In this document: positions 18,864 through 30,100 of the stretch, one piece after another
Numbering within the stretch: the stretch's first letter is position 1
How the letters are laid out: the number at the start of each line of letters is the position of its first letter
Assembly: GCA_963771515.1 (NCBI GenBank)
Contig: CAVYTG010000001.1
Span: 19,091-83,090, forward strand
DNA length: 64,000 nt
DNA from: an uncultured Gammaproteobacteria bacterium
GTDB taxonomy: Bacteria; Pseudomonadota; Gammaproteobacteria; CAVYTG01
Reading direction: 5' to 3'
The notes under the pieces: model-generated
Told to the model about the DNA's origin: nothing
What the model saw: the letters and a program-made list of their open reading frames with translations, nothing else
Database searches by the model: none
Made by a program: the position numbers and the translations under genes

Positions 18864-21091
18864 GGAAATTGAAAACACATTTTGGTCAGCAGCATACACA
18901 TGTTGAGGGTTGGCTTTTACATATGCACCAACAGCATCCTCATATTCAGATAGATCAACTGAGACATGCCATTCAGTTAGCCAAACTTTCAGGCGGAGAG
19001 ACTAAAATTCCAAATGGGCAGACTTGTCTTCAGCAAAGCTTTGGGATGGTTGATATTTTGGTGGACCTAAACGTCGATACAGAGACCTTAATCGCAGCTA
19101 TTTTGTATGGAAATGTGCAATCTGAAGTCATCACGCTACAAGAAGTAGAAGAAACCTTGTCTCCTGTTGTGAGGCATATTATCCAAGGGGTTCTAAAAAT
19201 GGATGCCTTGCAGGACTTGCATGAAAGTACCTCTGGCAAGGTTCAGTTAGACACCACAATTGATAATTTTCGGAAAATGCTGCTGGTCATGGTGGATGAT
19301 ATTCGAGTGGTCCTTGTAAAGCTTGCTGAGCAGCTTTATGTGTTGCATCACCTGGAGCATTTTTCTGAGGAGAAGAAATATAAAATAGCCAAGACGAGCC
19401 TGGATGTTTATGCCTCACTTGCAAATCGTTTGGGGGTTGGACACCTTAAATGGCAAATTGAAGATATGGCTTTCCGGTATATTAATCCAGAGGCCTATAA
19501 AGCAATTTCTAAGTCTCTGAGTCAGCGGCGTACAGATCGAGAAGAGTATATTCATGAAATGATTGCTCTTTTAAAAGAGCTACTGAATAAAGCGGGTCTT
19601 ACCAGGGCGAATGTAATGGGGCGAGCTAAGCATATTTATAGCATTTACAGAAAAATGCATCGTAAACAAGTCGATATTGAAGAAATTTATGACACAATGG
19701 CACTGCGTATCCTGGTGCCTACAGTAGAAGACTGCTATGCAGCACTAGGCTGTGTCCATGGGGAGTGGAAATCTATTGCTAAAGAATTTGATGATTATAT
19801 TGTTAACCCCAAACCGAATGGATATCGATCCATTCATACGGCAATTATAGGTCCGCATGAACGGTATGTTGAAATTCAGATTCGAACAGAAATCATGCAT
19901 GAGGAGTCAGAGCTAGGGGTGGCTGCGCATTGGGCTTATAAAGAAGGGAAGGCTAAGAGAACAGGGTATGAAGAAAAAGTTGCCTGGTTGAGGCAAGTCA
20001 TGGATTGGCAAAAAGAAGTGACACAAACGGAAGCGCAATCTGAAGAAATTCAGGCACGTATATTTGAGGAGAGTGTTTATGTCTTTACGCCGAATGGAGA
20101 TGTGATTGATTTGCCTAAGGGGGCTACTCCCTTGGATTTTGCATATCACATTCATACAGACATTGGGCATCGTTGTCGAGGTGCTAAAGTAGATGGTGTA
20201 TTAGTACCTTTGACTTATCAACTAAAGACAGGAGATCGTGTTGAAATATTAACCGCGAACAATATGCATCCAAGTCGAGATTGGTTAAACGTAGGGTTGG
20301 GTTATTTAAAAACTACGCGAGCGCGAGCAAAAGTTGCTAACTGGTTCCGTAAAGAAGATTACACTAGTGATTTAGCGCGAGGTAAAGAGGCAGTAGAAAA
20401 AGAAGTCAAGCGCCTACATCTTAGACAGGTAGATATGTCTGAGCTTGCTCGAAAGTTTAAATTCAAATCAGTTGAGGATTTTTTTGCAGGTGTGGGAAGA
20501 GGGGATGCTCGTATACAGGGGGTAATCCAGGTTTTACAAGCATCGTTGAATGCAGGCAAGAAAGAGAAGGACTTTGGTGGGCAAGAGGGCGAGAGCCTTC
20601 TAGAGAAGGTATCGAAAAAACTAAAATCAGAAAAATCTTCTACAGGTATTGTCATTGGAGGCGTTGGCGGCTTATTAACTTCCATTGCCCAGTGTTGTAA
20701 GCCTGTTCCAAATGATCCTATTTTGGGGTATGTGACAGTTGGTAGAGGTGTATCAATTCATCGAGTTGACTGTGCTAATTTGCTGAATAATCTAGACGCT
20801 CGAAAAGAACGTATAATTAATGTGGAGTGGGGAGATCAAATAGAAGCGCAGTATTATTCTGTTGATCTTCTGATAAAGGCTTATGATCGTCAGGGATTAA
20901 TGCGAGATATTACACATATGTTGGCTAACAATGAAGTTAATATTAGTCAACTGAGTAGTGCAATGGATAAGGCGAATCACATTGCCCAGATTAAGATTAC
21001 TGTAGAAATTGATGGGCTAGAGATGTTGGAGTATATTGTGACCAAGATTCATCAAATTTCTGGTGTGTTTGAGGTCGAAAGGGCAACTTAG
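18860..21091 (+). CDS. relA: (p)ppGpp synthetase RelA
   Basis: Degenerate HD domain, GRAKHIYSIYRKM, KPNGYRSIHT, EIQIRT, TGS, CCKP zinc finger and ACT domain. Confidence 0.95.
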   Translation: MRKLKTHFGQQHTHVEGWLLHMHQQHPHIQIDQLRHAIQLAKLSGGETKIPNGQTCLQQSFGMVDILVDLNVDTETLIAAILYGNVQSEVITLQEVEETLSPVVRHIIQGVLKMDALQDLHESTSGKVQLDTTIDNFRKMLLVMVDDIRVVLVKLAEQLYVLHHLEHFSEEKKYKIAKTSLDVYASLANRLGVGHLKWQIEDMAFRYINPEAYKAISKSLSQRRTDREEYIHEMIALLKELLNKAGLTRANVMGRAKHIYSIYRKMHRKQVDIEEIYDTMALRILVPTVEDCYAALGCVHGEWKSIAKEFDDYIVNPKPNGYRSIHTAIIGPHERYVEIQIRTEIMHEESELGVAAHWAYKEGKAKRTGYEEKVAWLRQVMDWQKEVTQTEAQSEEIQARIFEESVYVFTPNGDVIDLPKGATPLDFAYHIHTDIGHRCRGAKVDGVLVPLTYQLKTGDRVEILTANNMHPSRDWLNVGLGYLKTTRARAKVANWFRKEDYTSDLARGKEAVEKEVKRLHLRQVDMSELARKFKFKSVEDFFAGVGRGDARIQGVIQVLQASLNAGKKEKDFGGQEGESLLEKVSKKLKSEKSSTGIVIGGVGGLLTSIAQCCKPVPNDPILGYVTVGRGVSIHRVDCANLLNNLDARKERIINVEWGDQIEAQYYSVDLLIKAYDRQGLMRDITHMLANNEVNISQLSSAMDKANHIAQIKITVEIDGLEMLEYIVTKIHQISGVFEVERAT

Positions 21092-21092
21092 T

Positions 21093-21220
21093 TAGGGCGT
21101 GTCATCAATTGTTGGATCAACTGCTCACCCGTGTCATTGCGAGGAGCGAAGCGACGTGGCAATCCAGGCCCAAACTTACTTAAAGCCACATAAGCTTGTA
21201 TCGAAGGGTCAGGCTTATTT
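21093..21220. repeat. Family A left end followed by a partial family B element with inner hairpin
   Basis: TAGGGCGTGTCATCAATT (21093-21110); GTCATTGCGAGGAGCGAAGCGACGTGGCAATCCAGG (21133-21168); CACATAAGCTTG-TATCGAAGGGT-CAGGCTTATTT (21187-21220). Lies between convergent genes. Confidence 0.8.
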
Positions 21221-21267
21221 ATAGCTAAATCTCTATAAATTTGCTATAGAACTGTGAGGATAGGCTT

Positions 21268-22581
21268 TTATTCTGTTGAGGTAGAACCTGTGGTTCCACT
21301 TTCGGTGCTTTGAGTGTTTCCAGAAGAGATCCCGGGGATTTCCTCAGGGATTTCATCTACTGATTTTCCGCGTACAAAATGATTAACGATGGCGGCACAA
21401 ACCAGGTCACCCCATACATTAACTACCGTTCTAAATCGATCCAAAATTCGGTCAAAGGGTAGTAAGAGGGCAATAGCAGAAGTTGGGATGTTAACAGCGC
21501 GTAGAACTGTAACCATGGTGACCAGGCCCCCTTCTGGAATTCCTGTTGCGCCCATGCCTGCTACGATTGCCATAAAAAAGATACCAAGCTGATCCCACAT
21601 ACCGAGATGGATACCTAATATTTGACTGAAAAATAAAGCTGCATAGGCTTCTAGCATTGCAGTGCCAGCAAGATTGACTGTTGTAGCAAATGGCAGTACA
21701 AACCGGGCAACTTGTGCTTTTATCCCTTGCTCTTGTGCAATGACCAGTGCAATAGGCAGAGTAGCCATTGAGCTTGAGGTACCAAATGCAGTGGCCAATG
21801 CTGGCACTGCTGCTTTTAGGTATTGTTTGGCGTTACGTTTTGCAATGAGTGCAACGATAGCCATTTGCCAAAGAATATGAAGCGTGAGGCCTAGCAAGAA
21901 AACCTGAATGAATATGGCCAATCCTTTGAGGCTGGCCATAAACAGATTATTCTCTACCGTTCGTGCAACCGCAGTGCCTATCAAGGAAAACAATCCAACA
22001 GGTGTTAGATGCATTAACCAGGTGATCATTTTAATAAAGATGCTTCGGAGTCCTACAAAAAATTCAACAACAGGTTTAGCGCTTTCTCCACAGGCGATAC
22101 AGCCAAGAGCAAAAACAACAGCAAAAATGACAACTGGCATGATTTCAAATTTAGCGGCTGCATCAATGATGTTAGGGGGAAAGAGGCCCTGGATGAAGCT
22201 GGTGAACTCAAGACCAGGCTTTGCGCTTAATTTTGGATCCATAGGGATTAAGCTTGGGTCGACACCCAGACCAGGCTTAAATACATTGATCAGTATTAGC
22301 CCAATGATAACTGCGATAGAAACGCTAATAAAAACATAGGCTAATGTGTATCCGCCGACCGTACCCAGTTTGCGAAAATCTCCAATGGAAGCAATGGCGC
22401 CAACTAAAGCAGAGAAAACTAATGGTAAGGCAATTAACTTCAGCATGTTGATAAAGAGAGTTCCAATCCATTCCATGCTGAGCATCTGCTGTGGAAACTG
22501 GATTCCACCTAGGATGCCTAAGCCTATGCCAAGAAGCATTAAAATAAAACCACGATTTTTCATTACTGTTTTGGTCTCCAA
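21268..22581 (-). CDS. Dicarboxylate/amino acid:cation symporter (DAACS, GltP-like)
   Basis: AFGTSSSMATLP, TVNLAGTA, DRFRTVVNVWGD motifs. Confidence 0.92.
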   Translation of the reverse strand: METKTVMKNRGFILMLLGIGLGILGGIQFPQQMLSMEWIGTLFINMLKLIALPLVFSALVGAIASIGDFRKLGTVGGYTLAYVFISVSIAVIIGLILINVFKPGLGVDPSLIPMDPKLSAKPGLEFTSFIQGLFPPNIIDAAAKFEIMPVVIFAVVFALGCIACGESAKPVVEFFVGLRSIFIKMITWLMHLTPVGLFSLIGTAVARTVENNLFMASLKGLAIFIQVFLLGLTLHILWQMAIVALIAKRNAKQYLKAAVPALATAFGTSSSMATLPIALVIAQEQGIKAQVARFVLPFATTVNLAGTAMLEAYAALFFSQILGIHLGMWDQLGIFFMAIVAGMGATGIPEGGLVTMVTVLRAVNIPTSAIALLLPFDRILDRFRTVVNVWGDLVCAAIVNHFVRGKSVDEIPEEIPGISSGNTQSTESGTTGSTSTE

Positions 22582-22786
22582 GTGGTTAAGGTATATTTAC
22601 CTTGCTCGTTTCTTTTTTTTGAAATTCTCTAAGCGCCTTGATTTCCATAGACTTTAATGTGAAAAAAAGCGATTATAACACAAATTGAAAGCGGAAGAAT
22701 AAAGGTTTTTTCAGCTTGTCCGATACGGATATCTGCGTAGAACCAGGGGTGAAGTTTAAAAATCAAGAAAAAGAAACACTTTTTTG

Positions 22787-22815
22787 TTGACATATTTAGG
22801 GTACTTTAGGAGAAT
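22787..22815 (+). promoter_or_regulatory. Putative sigma70 promoter of the tRNA-secE-nusG operon
   Basis: TTGACA (22787-22792), 17-bp spacer, GAGAAT (22810-22815), 15 bp upstream of tRNA-Tyr. Confidence 0.5.
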
Positions 22816-22830
22816 ATCAGACTTACGTTC

Positions 22831-22915
22831 GGAGGGGTTCCCGAGCGGTCAAAGGGATCAGACTGTAAATCTGACGGCTCAGCCTTCGCAGGTTCGAATC
22901 CTGCCCCCTCCACCA
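22831..22915 (+). tRNA. tRNA-Tyr(GTA)
   Basis: GGAGGGG/CCCCTCC acceptor stem, anticodon loop CTGTAAA, long variable arm, GGTTCGAATCC, encoded CCA. Confidence 0.97.
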
Positions 22916-22937
22916 GGTGAGATGTTTGAGGAGTGAT

Positions 22938-23011
22938 GCGGGTGTAGTTCAATGGTAGAACTTCAGCCTTCCAAGCTGATAGCGTGGGTTCGATTCCCAT
23001 CACCCGCTCCA
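22938..23011 (+). tRNA. tRNA-Gly(TCC)
   Basis: GCGGGTG/CACCCGC stem, anticodon loop CTTCCAA, encoded CCA. Confidence 0.97.
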
Positions 23012-23068
23012 GAATAGAATAGGCTATGATGTTCTGCAAATTGTCTGGTTGAATGAGTGTTTGATTGA

Positions 23069-23144
<76 letters not shown>

Positions 23145-23202
23145 GCGCGCAGCCGGAGTTGTGTGTTGAAACCTCTGTGATGAGGTGCATGAAAATGTAT
23201 TA

Positions 23203-23278
23203 AGGCTAGTAGCTCAATTGGTAGAGCGGCGGTCTCCAAAACCGCAGGTTGGGGGTTCGAGACCCTCCTAGCCTGCCA
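23203..23278 (+). tRNA. tRNA-Trp(CCA)
   Basis: AGGCTAG/CTAGCCT stem, anticodon loop CTCCAAA, encoded CCA; precedes secE. Confidence 0.97.
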
Positions 23279-23308
23279 GAATTGCTGGCTTATATTATGA
23301 AAGGTAGT

Positions 23309-23722
23309 GTGTTGAGTAAGACAAATATAAAATCTGGCCATGCCTCAAAAAAATCTGGAGGACGAGCTTCTGGATGGCTTGATTTTTTCCTATGGTTTCT
23401 GGTTTCTGTCCTTTTTATGGGAGGGATAGGTGTAACTTATTACTATAGCAGTCTTGCTGCCCCGTTAAAGCTTTCCGGGTGGATTGTTTTGCTGCTATTG
23501 GCAGGTGGCCTTGCTTTAAAAACAGTGAAAGGCCAAATGGTTCTGGATTTTGGCAAAAAAGCCAGGGTTGAGTTACGTAAGGTAGTTTGGCCGACGCGCC
23601 AGGAAACAATGCAGGTGACTGCTATTGTAGGTGTGATTGTCGTGGTGATGTCTTTGGTGTTATGGCTGATTGATTCAGGTTTAGTGTGGTTAGCCAGTTT
23701 GGCTACAGGTCAAAGAGGATAA
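23309..23722 (+). CDS. secE: Preprotein translocase subunit SecE (3-TM type)
   Basis: [16 protein letters not shown] signature. Start uncertain (ATG 23297, GTG 23309 or TTG 23312); the track start at 23249 lies inside tRNA-Trp. Confidence 0.92.
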   Translation: MLSKTNIKSGHASKKSGGRASGWLDFFLWFLVSVLFMGGIGVTYYYSSLAAPLKLSGWIVLLLLAGGLALKTVKGQMVLDFGKKARVELRKVVWPTRQETMQVTAIVGVIVVVMSLVLWLIDSGLVWLASLATGQRG

Positions 23723-23729
23723 TCAAATA

Positions 23730-24275
23730 ATGGCTATGGCTAGTGTAGATGAGTTTAAGTGGTATGTTGTGCACGCCCGTACGGGTCAAGAAAATCGGGT
23801 GATAGAGCTTTTACGCAATAGAGCCCGGTTGCACGAACTTGAAGATGCGTTTGGCCAAATTATTTTGCCTACAGAGGATGTGGTTGAAATGCGAGGAGGG
23901 CAAAAGCGCAAGAGTGAGCGGAAGTTTTTTCCGGGATATATTCTGGTTGAGATGCGCTTGAATGATGCCACGTGGTATCTGGTTAAGGACACGCCGGGTG
24001 TCATTGGGTTTATTGGAGGGCAGGCGCCAACGCCAGTTTCCAGAAAAGAAATTGAAGCGATTATGGAGCGCATGAAAGAAGGTGTTAGCAAGCCAAGGCC
24101 TAAGGTGCTTTTTGAGCCAGGTGAAGTGGTTCGGGTTATTGCTGGTCCATTTTCTGATTTTAATGCGGTAGTTGAGGATGTGAATTACGAGAAAAGTCGT
24201 TTGAGAGTCTCAGTGCTTATTTTTGGTCGCTCAACTCCGGTTGAGCTTGAGTTTAGCCAGGTAAGCAAGGCTTAG
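23730..24275 (+). CDS. nusG: Transcription termination/antitermination factor NusG
   Basis: [20 protein letters not shown] motif, [10 protein letters not shown]. Confidence 0.97.
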   Translation: MAMASVDEFKWYVVHARTGQENRVIELLRNRARLHELEDAFGQIILPTEDVVEMRGGQKRKSERKFFPGYILVEMRLNDATWYLVKDTPGVIGFIGGQAPTPVSRKEIEAIMERMKEGVSKPRPKVLFEPGEVVRVIAGPFSDFNAVVEDVNYEKSRLRVSVLIFGRSTPVELEFSQVSKA

Positions 24276-24344
24276 CTTTGATAGCGATTTAAGATTTTAT
24301 AGCCTTGCTTAGAGAGGTAGGCTTTTTAATAGGTTGAGGGCGAT

Positions 24345-24779
24345 ATGTCAAAATCAAAGGTAGAAGGTTACATTAAATTACAAATTCCTGCAGGGAAGGC
24401 GAACCCCAGTCCACCGGTAGGGCCTGCTTTAGGTCAGAAGGGGGTCAATATTATGGAGTTCTGCAAAGCTTTTAATGAGCAAACAAAAAATATGGAGTCT
24501 GGTCTTCCTGTTCCTGTCGTGATTACTGTTTTTGGGGATAGAAGCTTTAAGTTTGTCATGAAGACCCCGCCTGCGCCTGTTTTGCTAAAAAAGGCAGCGG
24601 GGATTGATAAAGGCAGCGATCGGCCGAATACCAACAAAATCGGTAAGGTAAATCGTAAGCAGCTAGAAGAAATTGCTAAGACAAAAGAACCAGATTTAAC
24701 TGCGGCAAGTTTAGAGGCTGCTGTAAAAACCATCGCTGGGACGGCTCGCAGCATGGGTATTGAAGTAGAAGGGGTGTAA
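24345..24779 (+). CDS. rplK: 50S ribosomal protein L11
   Basis: [23 protein letters not shown]. Confidence 0.98.
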   Translation: MSKSKVEGYIKLQIPAGKANPSPPVGPALGQKGVNIMEFCKAFNEQTKNMESGLPVPVVITVFGDRSFKFVMKTPPAPVLLKKAAGIDKGSDRPNTNKIGKVNRKQLEEIAKTKEPDLTAASLEAAVKTIAGTARSMGIEVEGV

Positions 24780-24780
24780 A

Positions 24781-25527
24781 ATGGTAACGCAAGCACAACA
24801 GGCATCGTCAACTAAACCAGTGATAACGGTTGCTAAAATGACCAAACGTTTTAAAGAAATTAATAGCAAAATTGATAAGAATCGCACCTATGAGGCTGCT
24901 GAAGCCATCGATTTGCTAAAAGCTTGTCCCCAGGCAAAGTTTAAAGAAAGCGTTGATGTGAGCATTCGTTTGGGAGTGGATCCCAGAAAGTCTGATCAGG
25001 TTGTTAGGGGCGCGACGGTTCTTCCTAATGGGTTAGGTCGTGAAGTAAGAGTTGCAGTTTTTGCTGAAGAAGGCGACGCAGCCACGGCGGCAAAAAAAGC
25101 AGGTGCAGATATCGTGGGGTTCGAAGATTTATTGGAATCCGTGAAAGGGGGAAATCTGGATTTTGATGTAGTCATTGCAACGCCTTCTGCCATGAAAGTA
25201 GTAGGGCAGCTAGGACAGGTGTTAGGACCAAGGGGGCTGATGCCTAATCCAAAACTGGGTACGGTGACTCAAGATACAGGGGTTGCAGTTGAGAATGCAA
25301 AAAAAGGTCAAGTCCGTTATAGAACAGAAAAAGCAGGCATTATACATTGCTCTATTGGTCGGGTAGATTTTGAAACCAGGGCGCTTATTGAAAACCTGGA
25401 AGCTTTAATTAACGATCTGAAGAAAGCAAAACCTGAAAATGCTAAAGGCACTTATTTGAAGAAGGTAGTTGTTTCTACAACGATGGGGCCTGGTTTAGGT
25501 GTTGATTTAGCAAGCTTGAAAGTTTAA
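24781..25527 (+). CDS. rplA: 50S ribosomal protein L1 (about 16-aa N-terminal extension)
   Basis: [36 protein letters not shown]. Confidence 0.97.
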   Translation: MVTQAQQASSTKPVITVAKMTKRFKEINSKIDKNRTYEAAEAIDLLKACPQAKFKESVDVSIRLGVDPRKSDQVVRGATVLPNGLGREVRVAVFAEEGDAATAAKKAGADIVGFEDLLESVKGGNLDFDVVIATPSAMKVVGQLGQVLGPRGLMPNPKLGTVTQDTGVAVENAKKGQVRYRTEKAGIIHCSIGRVDFETRALIENLEALINDLKKAKPENAKGTYLKKVVVSTTMGPGLGVDLASLKV

Positions 25528-25738
25528 TTAAAGAACAAAACTTTTTTAAATCAAAGTCTTTGTTGCAAGTATTTTCTAATTATGCTTGAATAGCTTTTTG
25601 CTTTTTTGGGGTTTTTCTGATCTGAGGCTTGCAAGTTTTTATGAGCTACAACGGGTTTTTATGTAAAAAATCAAAAGCATGCTAGAGAAGCAGGGTATAA
25701 TAAAGATCAAATATCTCTAAAAATATTGGGAGAAATAA

Positions 25739-26254
25739 GTGGCGTTAAAAATTCATCAAAAAAAGAACATCGTAGCTGAGTTGGCACAGATGTCTTCCTG
25801 TGTTTCAGTGATAGCTGCTGATTATCGTGGCTTAACAGTTTCTGAAATGACAAAGCTGCGCATGAATGCGCGTAAACAAGGCATTACAGTGAAGGTTGTT
25901 CAGAATAATCTTGCTTGTAGGGCATTTGCAGATACAGCTTTATCTTCTTTAGAGAAAATTCTAGTAGGCCCTATCATTTTGATTGCATCCAAAGAAGATC
26001 CGGGAGAAGGGGCTCGTTTAGCTCAGTCTTTTGCAAAAGAGCATGAGAAATTTCAGGTCAAGGGCTTAGTGGTTGGGGATGAATTTTTAGAGGCAAACAG
26101 ACTGAAAGAAGTTGCTAGCCTGCCGACAAAAGAACAAGCGATATCGACGTTGCTGTCTGTTATGATTGCGCCGATGAATCAATTTGTTCGCACTTTGTCA
26201 GAAAGCTACGGGCAGTTTGTTCGCGTTGTCTCAAGAGCTTCTGAGAAGCAGTAG
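25739..26254 (+). CDS. rplJ: 50S ribosomal protein L10
   Basis: ADYRGLTVSEMTKLR, VASLPTKEQAIS; position between rplA and rplL. Confidence 0.95.
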   Translation: MALKIHQKKNIVAELAQMSSCVSVIAADYRGLTVSEMTKLRMNARKQGITVKVVQNNLACRAFADTALSSLEKILVGPIILIASKEDPGEGARLAQSFAKEHEKFQVKGLVVGDEFLEANRLKEVASLPTKEQAISTLLSVMIAPMNQFVRTLSESYGQFVRVVSRASEKQ

Positions 26255-26512
26255 TAAGGTTTAATAGGTGAGTCAATCTTCATAGAGTTTATGTTTTTTA
26301 ATTTTATGGACTTTTGTAAGGATGCTCAAATAACGACCCATCTAACATTTGGCAAAATTCAGGGTTTTGCCAGATAAATAAGAGATTATTGAGGGGAAGT
26401 TAAAAGGAATTCTTTTCATTAATCTGGGGTGTGCCTACCTTTTGTTTTGGGAAGCGATTCCTAAGTACACCCTGCAATGAGTAATTGATTTATTTTATCG
26501 AGGTTAATTGTT

Positions 26513-26899
26513 ATGGCTATTTCGAATGAACAAATGATTGATGCACTTTCTGAAAAAAGTGTTATGGAGCTAGTTGAGCTCACAAAAGCACTGGAAGAAA
26601 AGTGGGGAGTCTCTGCTGCTCCAGCAATGATGGCTGCCATGCCTGCTGGTGCAGCTGCTGGTGGTGAAGCTGCAGCAGCGGAAGAAAAAACTGAATTTGA
26701 TGTCGTTATGACAAGTTTCGGTGCAAACAAGGTGGGTGTTATTAAGGTGGTTCGTGAAATCACAGGTTTAGGCTTGAAAGAAGCGAAAGATATGGTTGAA
26801 TCTGCTCCAGCAACGGTTAAGGGTGGAGTTTCTAAAGAAGATGCAGATAAAATTGCAAGTATACTCAAAGAAGCAGGTGCTGAGGTAGAGGTTAAATAG
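26513..26899 (+). CDS. rplL: 50S ribosomal protein L7/L12
   Basis: Ala-rich hinge, [27 protein letters not shown]. Confidence 0.98.
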   Translation: MAISNEQMIDALSEKSVMELVELTKALEEKWGVSAAPAMMAAMPAGAAAGGEAAAAEEKTEFDVVMTSFGANKVGVIKVVREITGLGLKEAKDMVESAPATVKGGVSKEDADKIASILKEAGAEVEVK

Positions 26900-27106
26900 T
26901 TCAGGCTACCCTGTTTGTGAGATTATGGCTTTCGTGTCAGCGTAGCTTGTGTTCTTGTGTGTTTTATGTAATAAAACGACAGGAGAGCTAGTTTGCGTTG
27001 GCACGATAATGAATTATATAGACCTTATAAATTAAAGTACGTTGATGCGTGTCATATGTACGTGTTAACACATGTTTAGTGATACGTTCACGTTTTGAGG
27101 AATACC

Positions 27107-30100
27107 ATGTCTAAAAAAACAACCGCACCTGAAAAAGTTCTCTCTTTTAACGAAAAAAAACGTATTCGTGCCAACTTTGGAAAGGTTCCCCTTCATTTTG
27201 ATATCCCCAACCTGTTAGAAATGCAGCTTAGGTCTTATCGTGATTTTTTGGGTATTGATGCTCCTGAGACGAGTGGTTTAGCTGCTGCCTTTAAAAGTAT
27301 CTTTCCAATCAAGAGTTTTTCAGGGCATATGTCTTTAGAGTATGTCGGACATCGTTTTGAGCAGCCTATTTTTAATGAAAGAGAATGTAAACAACGTGGG
27401 TTGACCTATGGTATTTTACTTAAAGTTATTTATCGTTTGATTCAATACAGCAAGGATTCTCCAGGAGATGCAAAAGCTGTAAAAGACATTAAAGAGCAGG
27501 AAGTATTCATGGGGGAACTGCCTTTAATGAATGAGTCTGGCAGCTTTATCATCAATGGAACTGAAAGAGTCATTGTTTCTCAGCTTCATCGTTCACCAGG
27601 TGTATCCTTTGAAGAAGATAAGGCGAGCTTACAGTCAGCAAATGTTCGAATTATTTCTGCTCGTGTTATTCCTTACCTGGGTTCTTGGTTAGATTTTGAA
27701 TTTGATCCTAAAAACTGTATTTTTGCTCGTATAGATCGCCGTAAAAAATTTCCGGCGACTGTCATTTTGAAAGCAATGAACATGTCTGTCGAAGAGATAT
27801 TGAATATTTTCTTTGATACAAACACTTATGAATTAAGAAGTAATGGTGAGGGTGGTTACACTTTTGTATTGAAACTCATTCCTGAGCGTATAAAAGGTGA
27901 GCTGGCTGTCGCTGATATCCTGGACAACAAATCTCAAATGATTGTAGCAAAGGGACGAAGAATCTCTATGCGCCACGTTCAGTTGATCAATAAAGCGAAG
28001 ATAGAAACACTGGAAGTACCAAGAGAATATTTGATTGGCAAAGTGATTGCTAAAGCAGTAATCGATCAGGATACGGGTGAGTCTATTGCTCAAGCGAATG
28101 AAGAAGTGACCGCTGAAGTTTTAGCAAAGCTGGAAAAAGCGGGTATCCAGAAGTTTGAGGTTTTATATACCAATGAGCTTGATCGTGGGCGCTATATTTC
28201 AGATACCCTGCGAATTGATACGACAAACAATCAATTAGAGGCTTTAGTTGAAATTTATAGAATGATGCGTCCTGGAGAGCCTCCGACACGAGAAGCGGTT
28301 GAGAATCTTTTTCATAATCTGTTTTTCTCAGAGGACCGTTACAACCTGTCTGCTGTAGGTCGAATGAAGTTTAATCGTCGTGTTGGCCGTAAGGAAGTGG
28401 AAGGTGAGATGGTTTTATCTCAACAAGATATTATTGATGTTTTGAAAACCTTGATTAACATTCGTAATGGTAAGGATAAAGTGGATGACATTGATCATCT
28501 TGGTAATCGTCGTGTTCGAAGCATAGGAGAAATGTTTGAAAATCAACTTCGCCTTGGATTGGTGAGAGGGGAGCGGTCAATTAAAGATCGCTTAAGTTCT
28601 GCAGATACAGAAAACCTGACTCCTCAAGAGTTGATTAATGCAAAACCTGTTTCGGGAGCGATAAAGGAATTTTGTATTTCTAGTCCTCTATCGCAGTTTA
28701 TGGATCAATATAATCCACTTTCAGAAGTGACACATAAGCGTCGTATCTCAGCATTAGGGCCTGGAGGATTAACTAGGGATAGAGCTGGCTTTGAAGTGCG
28801 AGACGTTCATCCTACGCACTATGGGCGCTTATGTCCTATTGAGACACCAGAAGGCCCTAATATTGGATTGATTAACTCATTAGCAATTTTTGCGAGAACC
28901 AATGATTATGGTTTTTTGGAAACACCTTATCGGAAAGTAGAAAATGGAACTCTGACAGGAGAGTATCATTACTTATCTGCAATGGAGGAAGGTGATTACT
29001 ATATTGCTCAAGCGAACACAACATTAGATAAAAAGGGGCACATTCAAGGTACATTGGTAACTTGCCGTTATCGTGGTGATTCTACGATGACTACCCCAGA
29101 TAAAGTCGATTATATGGACGTTTCTCCAAGACAGCTTGTTTCTGTAGCCGCATCGCTGATTCCTTTTTTGGAACATGATGATGCGAACCGGGCGTTGATG
29201 GGTTCAAACATGCAACGTCAAGCAGTGCCTACTGTTCGGCCAGAAAAACCGCTGGTGGGAACAGGTATGGAAAGAGTTGTAGTAACAGATTCAGGTGTGG
29301 CTGTTACAGCTCGCCGTTCAGGTATTGTGGATTTTGTAGATGCTGCTCGCATTGTAGTTAGGGCAGATAATGAAGAAGAAAAGGAAAATCATTCTGTCGT
29401 TGATATTTATAATCTTGTAAAATTTAACCGTTCTAACCAAAATACATGTATTAATCAGAGGCCTTTGGTCAGAGTAGGAGACAAGGTTGCAAGAGGGGAT
29501 GTATTAGCAGATGGTCCTTCTTCAGACCTTGGTGAACTTGCCTTGGGGCAAAATTTATTTGTCGCATTCATGCCTTGGAATGGGTATAACTTTGAGGATT
29601 CTATACTCATCTCTGAGCGTGTGGTTGAAGATGATCGCTTTACAACAATTCATATTCAAGAGTTAGTGTGTGTAGCAAGGGATACAAGGATTGGCTCTGA
29701 AGAAATTACATCTGATATCCCCAATGTGAGTGAGTCTGCTCTGGTTAAACTGGATCACTCTGGTATTGTTTATGTTGGTGCTGAAGTTTCTGCTGGTGAT
29801 ATTTTAGTGGGCAAGGTGACGCCTAAAGGCGAAACTCAGCTGACTTCAGAAGAAAAATTATTAAGAGCAATCTTTGGTGAAAAAGCTTCCGATGTGAAGG
29901 ATTCATCACTTCGTGTACCGACAGGCAGTAGGGGAAAAGTCGTTGATGTTAAAGTATTTGCTCGAGAAGGCCAAAAGAAAGACTCTCGTACAGAACAAAT
30001 TAGAGCACAAGAATTTGCTGTGGTAGAAAAGGATCTAAGGGATCGCTTACGTATCGAAGAAGAAGCTACTTATCAGCATATCAAGGATTTTTTAGCCAAC

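Noticed and set aside
26461-26868. 135-aa antisense ORF over rplL, and similar antisense ORFs over rplK, rpoB, rpoC, relA and the symporter
   Set aside because: Typical shadows of highly expressed genes.
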